Shown here: positions 1 to 8,541 of the stretch, one piece after another
Layout of the letters: each line of letters starts with the position of its first letter
Position numbering within the stretch: the stretch's first letter is position 1
Virus record (IMG/VR): IMGVR_UViG_3300012662_000001
Coordinates: 42,558 to 106,557 of that record
From: a virus
Reading direction: 5' to 3' (one strand)
Length of the DNA: 64,000 bases
Made by a program: the position numbers and the translations under genes
The notes under the pieces: model-generated
Told to the model about the DNA's origin: nothing
Seen by the model: the letters and a program-made list of their open reading frames with translations, nothing else
Database searches by the model: none

Positions 1-10
1 ATGGCCACTC

Positions 11-490
11 GTGATGGGAGTGGTTGCATTTGTAGGCATTGTATTCACTGTAACACGATGCACTCACAGAACTGACGAGGTGGTGGAGGAATGTGAAGAA
101 CACCACTTTGACGACACTGTGCAGAATGCAGAGATTATGGAATCCGTCTATGATAGAATCTTCCAGCTCCGTCTGGATCACCCTGACATCGTGATGGCGC
201 AGTGTATTCTGGAAAGCGGTGAGTTCACTTCCGACCTGTTCAAGGAGGGTAACAACTGTCTCGGTATGAAAGTTCCTGGACATCGTCCAACGTTTGCCGT
301 GGGTGTATATAGAAATCACGCCAAGTTCAGGTCGTGGCACGACTGCATCGCCGACTATGCTCTGTGGCAGAGCGCCTATGGGAGGGGTCTTTCGGATGAC
401 GCCTATCTGGCTCTGCTGGATAGAATATATGCCGAGGACGGCTCGTATGCAGGCAAGTTGAAATCAATCATTCGCAAATATAATCTATAG
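11..490 (+). CDS. peptidoglycan hydrolase with glucosaminidase domain (FlgJ/LytD-like) and N-terminal hydrophobic anchor; frame is open to the window edge, so the 5' end may be truncated
   Basis: The N-terminus VVAFVGIVFTVT is hydrophobic. AQCILESGEFTSDLFKEGNNCLGMK matches the glucosaminidase core (AQaiLESGwG...NN.FGiK). Confidence 0.7.
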   Translation: MMGVVAFVGIVFTVTRCTHRTDEVVEECEEHHFDDTVQNAEIMESVYDRIFQLRLDHPDIVMAQCILESGEFTSDLFKEGNNCLGMKVPGHRPTFAVGVYRNHAKFRSWHDCIADYALWQSAYGRGLSDDAYLALLDRIYAEDGSYAGKLKSIIRKYNL

Positions 491-493
491 TCT

Positions 494-649
494 ATGTGGA
501 AAATAGTCAAGTCCCGTGTGGACAGAAACGCTGACTTCTTCAAGCAGATGGAGGATCAGGGGTGGGAACTGAAGTCAGCCCTCTACTCGTGTATGGATGG
601 AATGTATCACTATATCTTTAGAAAGGAGAGTGACGATGCACAGCGGTAG
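494..649 (+). CDS. small hypothetical ORF (51 aa), below the ORF-track cutoff
   Basis: An ATG 4 nt after the upstream stop opens a frame MWKIVKSRVDRNADFFKQMEDQGWELKS...; no motif recognised. Confidence 0.25.
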   Translation: MWKIVKSRVDRNADFFKQMEDQGWELKSALYSCMDGMYHYIFRKESDDAQR

Positions 650-1022
650 AGCGGAGCGATTCCATCCCCATTGTTGCATCGTTCCGGGCAATGTCACACT
701 TCTGCTATACTACATCACACGTGTCATCGGGAAGCCCGTGTTCGCCAGAACACAGCTTTCCCTTTTCCGAACTCCAGTGTGGTGGCAATGGATTCAGGAG
801 AACAATCTACCTCCTTCAATAGTCAATCTTATGGACGGCACACTGGAGGAGAACTATGGTCTTAAGATAGAGGGCGGTGACGTGGAGACGACGAACATCA
901 ATCTCGCTGATGACAGCGCTCTAATCTGTGAGCGGTGGCTGGAAGGGTGGCGCAAGCAGTGCGCTCATCGCTCATACAGGCAGCACAACACCACGGAGTT
1001 CCGACCTCTGCTTGCGAATTAG
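597..1022 (+). CDS. hypothetical protein (start uncertain; ATG at 636 is also possible)
   Basis: This is the only long ORF in the gap. The C-terminal half looks protein-like; no motif recognised. Confidence 0.3.
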   Translation: MECITISLERRVTMHSGRAERFHPHCCIVPGNVTLLLYYITRVIGKPVFARTQLSLFRTPVWWQWIQENNLPPSIVNLMDGTLEENYGLKIEGGDVETTNINLADDSALICERWLEGWRKQCAHRSYRQHNTTEFRPLLAN

Positions 1023-1086
1023 GTGGATGAATCCAGGGAATATTCAATGGAATGCACGTTATGTCTTTTTAAATTTATAAAGAAGT

Positions 1087-1416
1087 ATGAGACAGTCAGA
1101 ATTATGCAAGGAGATAGCCGCCAGAACGGCTGTCAGACCGTTAGGCGTCAGGGCGTGTCTTGAAGCGTTCACGGACATTCTCAGGGAGAAGACCCTTGGG
1201 GAGGGCGTGGAGATCATCACTCCGTTCGGCAAGTTTGGCCGCAAGACGTTTGCGGCCAGAAAGTGTCGAAACCCGAAGACAGGAAAGATCACCGTGACGC
1301 AGGAGACACGAGCACTGGCGTTCAGCACCAGAAAGAAGCTAAAGCTTCACCTGATGGAGGACGGCTCCTATAAAGCCATTCCACCACGCAAGCGCAAGTC
1401 AACAGTAAAGAAGTAG
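1087..1416 (+). CDS. HU/IHF-family histone-like DNA-binding protein
   Basis: FGKFGRKTFAARKCRNPKTGKITVTQETRALAFSTRKKLK matches the HU beta-arm signature (GFG.F..r.r.aR.GRNP.TGe.i.i....v..Fk..k.lk). Confidence 0.8.
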   Translation: MRQSELCKEIAARTAVRPLGVRACLEAFTDILREKTLGEGVEIITPFGKFGRKTFAARKCRNPKTGKITVTQETRALAFSTRKKLKLHLMEDGSYKAIPPRKRKSTVKK

Positions 1417-1420
1417 CGTT

Positions 1421-1912
1421 ATGGCAGCACCGAGAAAAAAATCAGCAGCGTCGGACGTAATCGTTCCGAAATGGAACGCTCGATTCGAGATTCAACCTGT
1501 GAAATTTGATCTTCACGACCACATCGACTTTCACAATAGATGGTGGCCAAAAGTCATCTGGATGGATGGGGTATGGCCAAAGCGTAACAGCAACATCATT
1601 GTGGACGTCACAGGTCAGACGTACACGTTCCGTCAGGTGTCAGTTCGCTCAACGAATATGGAGACACCCTTCCCGACTGAAGCCCTCTACCTGATAGAGA
1701 CGCCAAGCACCGTCACCGTCTGCTCCAGCTCCTCCTTCTGGAGCTATGGCAAGAAAGTTCTCGCCGAGGGACGCAAGGGTGCTCGTATGTGGCCGTCCTA
1801 CCTCAACTATCTTATGGAGTTTGCCCTTGTGACGTACAGCCGTGAGGACTGGGGCAGGCTTCAGGCCGAGGGACACATCACCATTGTCGAGAGTCAAATC
1901 AAACAGCAGTAA
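1421..1912 (+). CDS. hypothetical protein
   Basis: Long ORF tightly packed against its neighbours. Confidence 0.5.
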   Translation: MAAPRKKSAASDVIVPKWNARFEIQPVKFDLHDHIDFHNRWWPKVIWMDGVWPKRNSNIIVDVTGQTYTFRQVSVRSTNMETPFPTEALYLIETPSTVTVCSSSSFWSYGKKVLAEGRKGARMWPSYLNYLMEFALVTYSREDWGRLQAEGHITIVESQIKQQ

Positions 1913-1918
1913 CGCATT

Positions 1919-2341
1919 ATGAAAAAGTGGATTAAGAAGAAGTTCAAGGGGTTTTTCGAGTGGGCTTTCAGTGAAGAACTCGACAATATGAGAACCACCT
2001 GTGACAGACAGCAGCACACAACATCCCAGATGCAGAAGGAGATAGAAGACTTGCGCATCCTTCAGAACCAACTCAACATCTATGAGAGAAAGTTGAAGGC
2101 ACTTCTGGGCAGCATCTCTGTGTCGGCCAATCTCCCTAAAAAGGCGGAAAACTGGGCGGTGATATCCATTCAGGGTGAGCAGATAGACTATGTGAAGTTC
2201 ATCGCTCTACCGAAGAACGATATGATCGCCATCAGTCAGTTCCTTGCACAGTTCCAGTCTCACGCACTGGAGACAAGTCCAGCGAACTATAATCTTGTGA
2301 ACGGCAAGATAATCGAAATTAAGAACAACAAACAGCAGTAG
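1919..2341 (+). CDS. hypothetical protein, coiled-coil-like
   Basis: ORF packed in the operon; heptad-like QMQKEIEDLRILQNQLNIYERKLKALL. Confidence 0.5.
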   Translation: MKKWIKKKFKGFFEWAFSEELDNMRTTCDRQQHTTSQMQKEIEDLRILQNQLNIYERKLKALLGSISVSANLPKKAENWAVISIQGEQIDYVKFIALPKNDMIAISQFLAQFQSHALETSPANYNLVNGKIIEIKNNKQQ

Positions 2342-2343
2342 AA

Positions 2344-3120
2344 ATGAAACTTTCAGAAAAAAGAATCGTGTTCGTCGATATGGACGACACCCTAATTAAG
2401 ACAGCGTCAGGCAAGACCTTTCCTCTGGGCGTGTACGATATGACGCTTCGCCTGGACGTGTTTGCAAAGATAAAGATGATAGCCCCGAATGCGGTGTTCA
2501 TCGTGTCCAATCAGGGTGGTCTGGAGACAGGTAACGTCAACCCAACGCTCTTTCAGCACAAGTTTATGTATGTGATAGCGGCTCTGCAGGAGTTTCTCGG
2601 ACTGCACACATTCGTCGCAGGAAAGTTCTGCCCGACCCAGAACCCAAAATTTGAGGGTCGCAAGCCGAACACAGCAATGCTCACTTCTATGCTGGACGAG
2701 TTTGAGCAGATAGTGAAGGACTACAAGTTTACCAAGGAGGAGTGTGTGTACATCGGTGACACGCTCATTGACACGGAATGGAAGACGGCTGAGAACTTCG
2801 GATGTGACTTCGTGCCTGTGGAGGACTTCCTCGGTATGCACGTTGATCCTCCCACCTATCGCATCGTGAACAAAAAGGACTGTTCCGACTATGACGGCAG
2901 GATTCTTACCAAGGCTGAGGCCGTGCAGATAGTGCGTGAACACACTAATGAGAACGGTGAAACGGAATGGGACATCGTTCCAAGCAAGTTCCTCCCTCCA
3001 AAGCCTGATGCAGCTCCGGAACCTGAGGACAAAAACAAGCCGAGATCAAAGAAGGAAGTCAAGGTCGTCGTTCCTCCGTTCGTGAAAAAGGCGGCTGAGA
3101 AAGGAAAACTGAAGAACTAA
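2344..3120 (+). CDS. HAD-superfamily phosphatase, polynucleotide-kinase-3'-phosphatase (PNK3P)-like, with lysine-rich C-terminal tail
   Basis: FVDMDDTLIKTASGKTFP (DxDxT plus the PNKP-type TLI.T.SGK.FP), VSNQGG, GRKPNTAML and IGDT match HAD motifs I-IV. Confidence 0.65.
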   Translation: MKLSEKRIVFVDMDDTLIKTASGKTFPLGVYDMTLRLDVFAKIKMIAPNAVFIVSNQGGLETGNVNPTLFQHKFMYVIAALQEFLGLHTFVAGKFCPTQNPKFEGRKPNTAMLTSMLDEFEQIVKDYKFTKEECVYIGDTLIDTEWKTAENFGCDFVPVEDFLGMHVDPPTYRIVNKKDCSDYDGRILTKAEAVQIVREHTNENGETEWDIVPSKFLPPKPDAAPEPEDKNKPRSKKEVKVVVPPFVKKAAEKGKLKN

Positions 3121-3124
3121 GATT

Positions 3125-3151
3125 TTCGGGGAGCAATCCCCGAATTTCTTT
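3125..3151 (+). terminator. intrinsic terminator hairpin
   Basis: 8-bp stem TTCGGGGA/TCCCCGAA with a GCAA loop, followed by TTTCTTT. Confidence 0.6.
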
Positions 3152-3191
3152 ATGACATCAGTTATATCTACAACAAATAAAATTACAGATT

Positions 3192-3875
3192 ATGAATTCA
3201 GAGAACTACTATTTCGTGTTTAAGGATATGAACAGTTCCTGTGGACGTGTCAAGGTTATGACATACCCCATTGAGAATCCAAGCAAGAACGCCCTTAAGA
3301 AAAAGGCCAAGAACATCATTGACAACGCTCAGAAAGCAGGAATGCGGCTGGCTCTGCTGGAAGCCTATCCAGTAACTGAAAATGTATCTCAGAATCTACC
3401 GAAGCTGTCACGTCACACCAGAAATGAGCACCTTTACAAATATGAAATTAATATGGGTGACATCCGTAGTGACAGAACCATTCGTGTTGACATCTATGAG
3501 TGCAGCACCGCTCCATATCTTCTCAATGAGAAACGTATCAAGGTTGTGTCTGAGGAATATGTGCAGAACGAGATTCGCAACGGCTATGAGATACTTGGAA
3601 TCGCCTTTATGGGCGAAGAACAGTTTGTCACCGAGCCTATTAGTGACAGTGTGGTGGAAAACTCTCGCAAATCGTCTAAAAAGGACGAATATGTGTGGGT
3701 TAAGGTCAAGGACGGTGATGACGGTAACGGCATTAATTGGATTCCGGCTCGCAGAACCTCCAACGGTGAGATTGTGTCCTTCGTGGGTCTTATGTTCACG
3801 GACACTCCGAAGGAGGACACTCGCTCGTTCACGGACTGTCCAGTTCCTGGATACGTTATTACTACAACGATGTAA
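3192..3875 (+). CDS. hypothetical protein
   Basis: Long ORF bounded by terminator hairpins. Confidence 0.5.
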   Translation: MNSENYYFVFKDMNSSCGRVKVMTYPIENPSKNALKKKAKNIIDNAQKAGMRLALLEAYPVTENVSQNLPKLSRHTRNEHLYKYEINMGDIRSDRTIRVDIYECSTAPYLLNEKRIKVVSEEYVQNEIRNGYEILGIAFMGEEQFVTEPISDSVVENSRKSSKKDEYVWVKVKDGDDGNGINWIPARRTSNGEIVSFVGLMFTDTPKEDTRSFTDCPVPGYVITTTM

Positions 3876-3920
3876 TGAGCATCGCATATTGTTTGTAAAT
3901 TCCATTTGAATAGGTTGTTG

Positions 3921-3953
3921 CCCGATCGCCTGTGACAGGTTATCGGGTTTTTC
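3921..3953 (+). terminator. intrinsic terminator hairpin
   Basis: CCCGAT...ATCGGG stem followed by TTTTTC. Confidence 0.55.
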
Positions 3954-3989
3954 TTTATATTAATCCTTGGATAATTCCAGACATTCCAC

Positions 3990-3997
3990 TATATTTG
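3990..3997 (+). promoter_or_regulatory. Bacteroidota-type -7 promoter box (TAnnTTTG)
   Basis: TATATTTG lies 29 nt upstream of the ATG at 4026. The extended TATATTTGCCGT recurs at 13774. Confidence 0.5.
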
Positions 3998-4025
3998 CCG
4001 TATAATCATTAAATCACGTTACACT

Positions 4026-4304
4026 ATGAACAGCAGCATCACATTAAAATCATTCAAATTTCAGAACAGCTCAGGATACATCAAGACGGACTATGTTCAG
4101 ATATGGTTCAAGGACAGAGAAGTGGGGGTCATCGCTCCGGAGGGCATCTTTCTTCGTATGTATGATCCTCACTGCAAGGAGGGCATCCTGAGGCCAATTG
4201 AAGCACCCAAAACAAACGATGTTTCAGTGCTTACAAGGTTCTTCAGGGGTCACTTTGACGCCATCAATGACCGCTACACGACTGTGTTCAGAAATGAGCA
4301 GTAG
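4026..4304 (+). CDS. hypothetical protein
   Basis: ORF directly downstream of a promoter box. Confidence 0.5.
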   Translation: MNSSITLKSFKFQNSSGYIKTDYVQIWFKDREVGVIAPEGIFLRMYDPHCKEGILRPIEAPKTNDVSVLTRFFRGHFDAINDRYTTVFRNEQ

Positions 4305-4487
4305 GTTGCACATAAAACAAACTAAACGTATATTTGCCCCAAAGAAAAACGTTTCATAAGGGTGAATTGGTTTAGTCTTTTTGTTAGTGTTTAGGTTAAA
4401 CTGGGGATTGACATTGCGGCTTACGAACTTCTTTCTTGTTGTTTGATTGGTTGTTATGTATTTGCTTAGATTTCTTTTCAATGAGCA

Positions 4488-4536
4488 GCCGAGGAGTACG
4501 GGCGTGACGCTTCTACTTCCTCGGCAATCCTTTTGT
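4488..4536. terminator. hairpin between convergent transcription units
   Basis: GCCGAGGAG...CTTCCTCGGC stem (about 9 bp) followed by AATCCTTTTGT on the + strand. Confidence 0.45.
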
Positions 4537-4561
4537 ATATATATGTTCGCAGAAATGTTTC

Positions 4562-5017
4562 CTACACAATCGTGAAGTCAAGATGGACGTCGTCCACATC
4601 AATGAAGCCCTGTTCCACAAGCAGAGTTGCTATTGTACAGCCGTCCGTGAACCGCACGTCAATGACTGGATACAAATTAGTGACAACGGTGAACGAGCCA
4701 ACCTTTTCTCTGTGCAGATTGTCCCATACAGGCACGACAGGCGGCCTTCGCTCTCGTGTGCGCACGCCGAACGTGCCGCCATCCTTGAGAATCGTTCTTG
4801 GCTGAACCAGAACTGTCTCCAGAGACCTGATGTACTTGCGCTTCAGCAGACAGAATGCCGTTCTACAGACGTCTCTGTTCAGTGTGATGTAGTCAGCGGA
4901 CACGTGAAACTCCTCACGCACTCTATTACGAAAGTAGTTCGTGTCCTCCTTCAGCATATCGTCAAAGTCCATACGAAGCAGGTTCAAAAGCCGCTCCTCT
5001 ACTTTAGCATTACCCAC
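4562..5017 (-). CDS. hypothetical protein
   Basis: Long ORF, last gene of the leftward cluster, overlapping the upstream gene by 19 nt. Confidence 0.5.
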   Translation of the reverse strand: MGNAKVEERLLNLLRMDFDDMLKEDTNYFRNRVREEFHVSADYITLNRDVCRTAFCLLKRKYIRSLETVLVQPRTILKDGGTFGVRTRERRPPVVPVWDNLHREKVGSFTVVTNLYPVIDVRFTDGCTIATLLVEQGFIDVDDVHLDFTIV

Positions 5018-5595
5018 GATTCAATGATTTTATCAAAGTCACTTATAGGAAGACAGCCGTATCCATACGACCCCCAATCCAGACCCCACGTGTTCTTAAA
5101 GGTAAGTTCATCCTCACTGAACGCAGTCACCGTGACAGCGTGATAACCCACAGGGCGACCCTCTCCAAGCCAGAACTGATTCGTTGCATTGTAGACAGGC
5201 AGAGCGATGAGAATCGGACCGCACGACACAAGAGCCGACTTCATAGCCATAACGGACGGAATTCGAGCGTATAGAGAGACAATGCCGTTCTTCCGAAGTA
5301 TTTCCATACCCTCCCGAGGTGTCATTCCCTCAACGGCCTTATTCTGTCTTCTGTCGTACACCCATCGTCTGTCTATGGGACACGTGTCACGGCTCCACTT
5401 CTCTCTGTCATACCTGACCATCTCATATAGGCACTGAGACACGCAGCTTCCATCAGCACCCTGATTGATGACGTCATTCCTAACATCAGCTCCAAAGAGT
5501 TTTGGAGTGGCTGTTGACAGAATCTGAACATATTCCACGTCCTTTGAACTTGCTCCTGACGGCTCGCAGCCGCATCTAATGTTCTTCAGTATCAT
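4999..5595 (-). CDS. papain-like cysteine peptidase (family C1); no signal peptide seen
   Basis: NQGADGSCVSQC (Gln oxyanion plus GSC catalytic Cys), GYHAVTVTAF (His) and FKNTWGLDWGSYGYG (N-[ST]-W-G..WG..GY) are present in the canonical order. Confidence 0.85.
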   Translation of the reverse strand: MILKNIRCGCEPSGASSKDVEYVQILSTATPKLFGADVRNDVINQGADGSCVSQCLYEMVRYDREKWSRDTCPIDRRWVYDRRQNKAVEGMTPREGMEILRKNGIVSLYARIPSVMAMKSALVSCGPILIALPVYNATNQFWLGEGRPVGYHAVTVTAFSEDELTFKNTWGLDWGSYGYGCLPISDFDKIIESWVMLK

Positions 5596-5750
5596 AGTAG
5601 ATTGAAATTATCAGCCATATCAGTGAATCCGTGCAGACGCAGAACGTGCTGAAGCTCGTGCACAAACTCGACTTTTATGTTTCCAGACCAAAAACAATTC
5701 TTGTTTGAATCATAGTCCAGAATGAAGTCTGGATCCTCTTTATCACCCAT
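5592..5750 (-). CDS. 52-aa ORF carrying an HExxH zinc-metallopeptidase-type motif, translationally coupled (ATGA overlap) to the C1 peptidase gene
   Basis: Hand translation gives MGDKEDPDFILDYDSNKNCFWSGNIKVEFVHELQHVLRLHGFTDMADNFNLL. Its stop overlaps the ATG at 5595. It is below the ORF-track cutoff. Confidence 0.4.
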   Translation of the reverse strand: MGDKEDPDFILDYDSNKNCFWSGNIKVEFVHELQHVLRLHGFTDMADNFNLL

Positions 5751-5911
5751 AGAATAGGCCGCCCATCCTTGCTTCCAGCCGTCTCGCAGAAGCCGACTTC
5801 AATCTCTTCGTGTCAATCTTCAAAAGTTTCATCACAAAACGACATTCTTCTTGGTTTATTGCTAAAGATAACCTCCTCTCTGTGCTTCCAGTTTACCGCT
5901 ACCCACGCCAT
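5751..5911 (-). pseudogene. broken reading frames upstream of the HExxH ORF; possible decayed N-terminal part of a larger gene
   Basis: A 32-aa ORF (MAWVAVNWKHREEVIFSNKPRRMSFCDETFED*) starts 1 nt after the lipoprotein gene stop and ends at 5813. The HExxH frame is open only from 5798, so the open stretches do not overlap. Confidence 0.3.
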
Positions 5912-5912
5912 A

Positions 5913-6212
5913 CTACTTCCTTCTAAATCTAACGATTGATTTTTCATTCATTAGTTCCAAAACAGAAATGGTGTATGTTTTACGTCTAAATCTTACTTCA
6001 TTGTTCACCATTGTCATAGTTGTGGAATCACTTGCTGTGAGCACGGCTCTATCCGTCCACATATCATAGGGAAGCAGAATGAAACCGTTGGACGTTGTTA
6101 GACTGTCAATTGTCCTCTGTGGGGTGTAGGTGCGTACCTCCAGATACTGAACTCCGGAGCCACAGCCTACAAGCAACATTGCAGTCATAGTAATTATCAT
6201 TAATCGTTTCAT
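5913..6212 (-). CDS. small lipoprotein
   Basis: MKRLMIITMTAMLLVGCGSG shows a signal peptide with an L-V-G-C lipobox. Confidence 0.65.
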   Translation of the reverse strand: MKRLMIITMTAMLLVGCGSGVQYLEVRTYTPQRTIDSLTTSNGFILLPYDMWTDRAVLTASDSTTMTMVNNEVRFRRKTYTISVLELMNEKSIVRFRRK

Positions 6213-6724
6213 AAGTCGTATTCCTTTGCTATTTTAACGGATTCCTCCTTGGTCATCGGGCGAACGTGATCCCAGCCCAAGTCATCAAGCAAACCCTGTG
6301 TTATGGGATAGTTCACGTGAACGTTGCCGTCCAAAGTGCAGTAGCATCTATGCTCATCATCACGGAACAGCACCACGTCCGGATAATTCTGTCTCCAGAA
6401 TATAGGGTCGGAGAACGCCACCATAACGTCACTCCACTCCGTTTCCAGACCGTGCGGCCTGTCAACATTAGGTTGAACGGACATTATTGACCGAAATTCA
6501 CTCTCTGTGAGACGTCTTGCAGGTGCTTGCAGTGAACTGGACTGTTGCTGTTCCAGAAGTCGCTGTAACTCGGTGTTCTTGATCGTAAGCTCCTCAATCA
6601 GAGCGTTGGCGTTGTCAAGCTCCTTCTGTAGATCCTTGACCTCACGTTCCTTGAAATACATCTTTCTTTCAAGGCGGTCTATCTCCGCCTTGAAAGTTTG
6701 CATATTTTGTTCTATCACTGACAT
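6209..6724 (-). CDS. hypothetical protein with N-terminal coiled coil
   Basis: The N-terminus EIDRLERKMYFKEREVKDLQKELDNANALIEELTIKNTELQRLLEQ is coiled-coil-like; 4-nt overlap with the downstream gene. Confidence 0.55.
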   Translation of the reverse strand: MSVIEQNMQTFKAEIDRLERKMYFKEREVKDLQKELDNANALIEELTIKNTELQRLLEQQQSSSLQAPARRLTESEFRSIMSVQPNVDRPHGLETEWSDVMVAFSDPIFWRQNYPDVVLFRDDEHRCYCTLDGNVHVNYPITQGLLDDLGWDHVRPMTKEESVKIAKEYDL

Positions 6725-6726
6725 TG

Positions 6727-7299
6727 TTAGTCCTTTAATGCAGTGTCCTGATTTATCTCCCCGATACCGAACTCCTTATAGTCTCGACCAATGAAGACGA
6801 TGTAGATTCTTGAAGCATAAGGCTTGTCCCAGAACTGATAATTGTATCTAAATGTATGCTGATGTTCTGTAAGATACATAATCTCTTCTCGAGGATTGCC
6901 ATCACTATGATAGTTATAGACTTCACATTCCTTTTCCAGTATCTTACAGTATTCCTCTATTGCCTGTTGTCTGTTGGAACTTACACCGTCTTCCTTGAAT
7001 AAAGGGAGTGTCTTTATCATTCGAGTGTCACTCCAGATAATATTCTTGCTGTTGGCCGCAAGCATAACTTCCCCAATGGATCTCAATCCAGCATCACTGC
7101 ATCTACCAAAGTTGATATAGACCTGATTATAGCCGACTACTTCATAGGAAACATTTCCCTTGCGAAGCTCTGAAAGCAGAACTGTGAGATTACCACCGAC
7201 GTGCATTTCCTCGATGGAGAAGAAATCAGCGGCATAGACTGAAATCGAAAGACAAAATGCTGCAATGACAGCAGCGATAATTGTAATAAATCTTTTCAT
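6727..7299 (-). CDS. secreted hypothetical protein (cleavable signal peptide)
   Basis: MKRFITIIAAVIAAFCLSISVYA/ADFF. Confidence 0.55.
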   Translation of the reverse strand: MKRFITIIAAVIAAFCLSISVYAADFFSIEEMHVGGNLTVLLSELRKGNVSYEVVGYNQVYINFGRCSDAGLRSIGEVMLAANSKNIIWSDTRMIKTLPLFKEDGVSSNRQQAIEEYCKILEKECEVYNYHSDGNPREEIMYLTEHQHTFRYNYQFWDKPYASRIYIVFIGRDYKEFGIGEINQDTALKD

Positions 7300-7312
7300 A
7301 ATACGAAATTGT

Positions 7313-8266
7313 CTATAGTTGTGAAAATATGTGTTTCAGTAGAATGCCAACGAAGTTCACGTCCCAGCCGTTGCCAGCTCTGTTCCAGAGTTGATTGGGT
7401 GTCAGTCCGGCATAGTCAAGTTCACCGTCTCTAAACCCCATAAATCTGAATCGTTCATCAGCGGACATACGTCTGACAATTTCTCTTCCGTCACGTGGCG
7501 GCTCAACCACATAGAAAACGTTGTGTTCCTCCAGTATGGTTCCAGAGAGACCGTCCGTGCGAACCTTGCGATTGTAGAGGTCGAGATTGGCGGCTTCAGT
7601 GACCTGAAGCTGATTGCCGAGCCTGTACTTCTCTTTGATGTACTGTATACGCTTATCACTAAGATACAGTGATGGGTCTGGGTGCTCGTCAAGAAGATCC
7701 TTGAAGCGCAGACTAGAAGGACACTTCGATGGAACAATACTGAACCCCTCCGGAAGACCTCCAAGCCGTGCGAATATCCAGACACGTTCCCTGTTCTGCG
7801 GTATGCCGTAGTCCTTGCTGTTCATAAGGCCGTAGGCGATATCACCATAGCCAAGCTCCTTGAATGCGTCTTTGATAAGGTTAAATGTCTCTTCAAACTT
7901 CCTGGATAGGAAGCCCTTGACATTCTCCAGAAGAACATACTTCGGCTTCTTAACGGAGCACACATAGATGATGTCAGCGAAAAGTGTGCCACGACCATAG
8001 CGGTCTCTTTCTCCTTCCTGATCACCTATGAGGCTGAACGGCTGACACGGAAAGCCGCCTGTGAACAGGTCAAAGTCAGGCAGCTCCTCTGGATTCAACT
8101 TGGTGATGTCACCGTAGTTCCTGATGTCAGGGAAGTTAGCGGCCAAAAGTTTGTTGGCATCCTTGTTGATGTCGGACTGACCCACTACCTTAAACGGTAT
8201 TCCGGAGCGTCTTAGACCGAATGACGCTCCACCGTATCCTGCGAATGTTTCAAATACTCGTAGCAT
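7313..8266 (-). CDS. dcm: DNA (cytosine-5)-methyltransferase
   Basis: Motif I FETFAGYGG, motif IV GGFPCQPFS, motif VI LLENVKG, motif VIII QNRERVWI, motif X GNGWDV. Confidence 0.9.
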   Translation of the reverse strand: MLRVFETFAGYGGASFGLRRSGIPFKVVGQSDINKDANKLLAANFPDIRNYGDITKLNPEELPDFDLFTGGFPCQPFSLIGDQEGERDRYGRGTLFADIIYVCSVKKPKYVLLENVKGFLSRKFEETFNLIKDAFKELGYGDIAYGLMNSKDYGIPQNRERVWIFARLGGLPEGFSIVPSKCPSSLRFKDLLDEHPDPSLYLSDKRIQYIKEKYRLGNQLQVTEAANLDLYNRKVRTDGLSGTILEEHNVFYVVEPPRDGREIVRRMSADERFRFMGFRDGELDYAGLTPNQLWNRAGNGWDVNFVGILLKHIFSQL

Positions 8267-8268
8267 AA

Positions 8269-8541
8269 TTATCTGTAGTTTTGGATTTTCTCGAAAAAGA
8301 CATTAATGGCTTCCAGAATGGCCTGAAGATCCAGACCGCTGAACTCTGACGGCTCATATTCATTACCCCAGATGTCGGCCACGTTGATCCAACCGTTCCC
8401 CTTGCGAATCACTGACTTAATCTGTGCGAAGTCACCGTTAACAGTTGCACAGTCAAGTGGGTGTGAAAAGAAAAGTTCCGTGTTAAGAGGAAGAGTGGAC
8501 TTGATGAATGACTTAAAGTCAGAAACTGAAAAACGTGCCAT
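8269..8541 (-). CDS. hypothetical protein (ATG at 8541 preferred over the alternative start at 8568)
   Basis: ORF downstream of a minus-strand TACCTTTG box; begins MARFSVSDFKSF... Confidence 0.5.
   Translation of the reverse strand: MARFSVSDFKSFIKSTLPLNTELFFSHPLDCATVNGDFAQIKSVIRKGNGWINVADIWGNEYEPSEFSGLDLQAILEAINVFFEKIQNYR

Noticed and set aside
2407-2943. 178-aa minus-strand ORF
   Set aside because: It is entirely antisense to the HAD phosphatase CDS, which has clear motifs. It is a shadow ORF.
4224-4481. 85-aa minus-strand ORF
   Set aside because: It is low-complexity (N/K/T-rich), overlaps the 3' end of 4026..4304, and lies in a region better explained by promoter and terminator signals.
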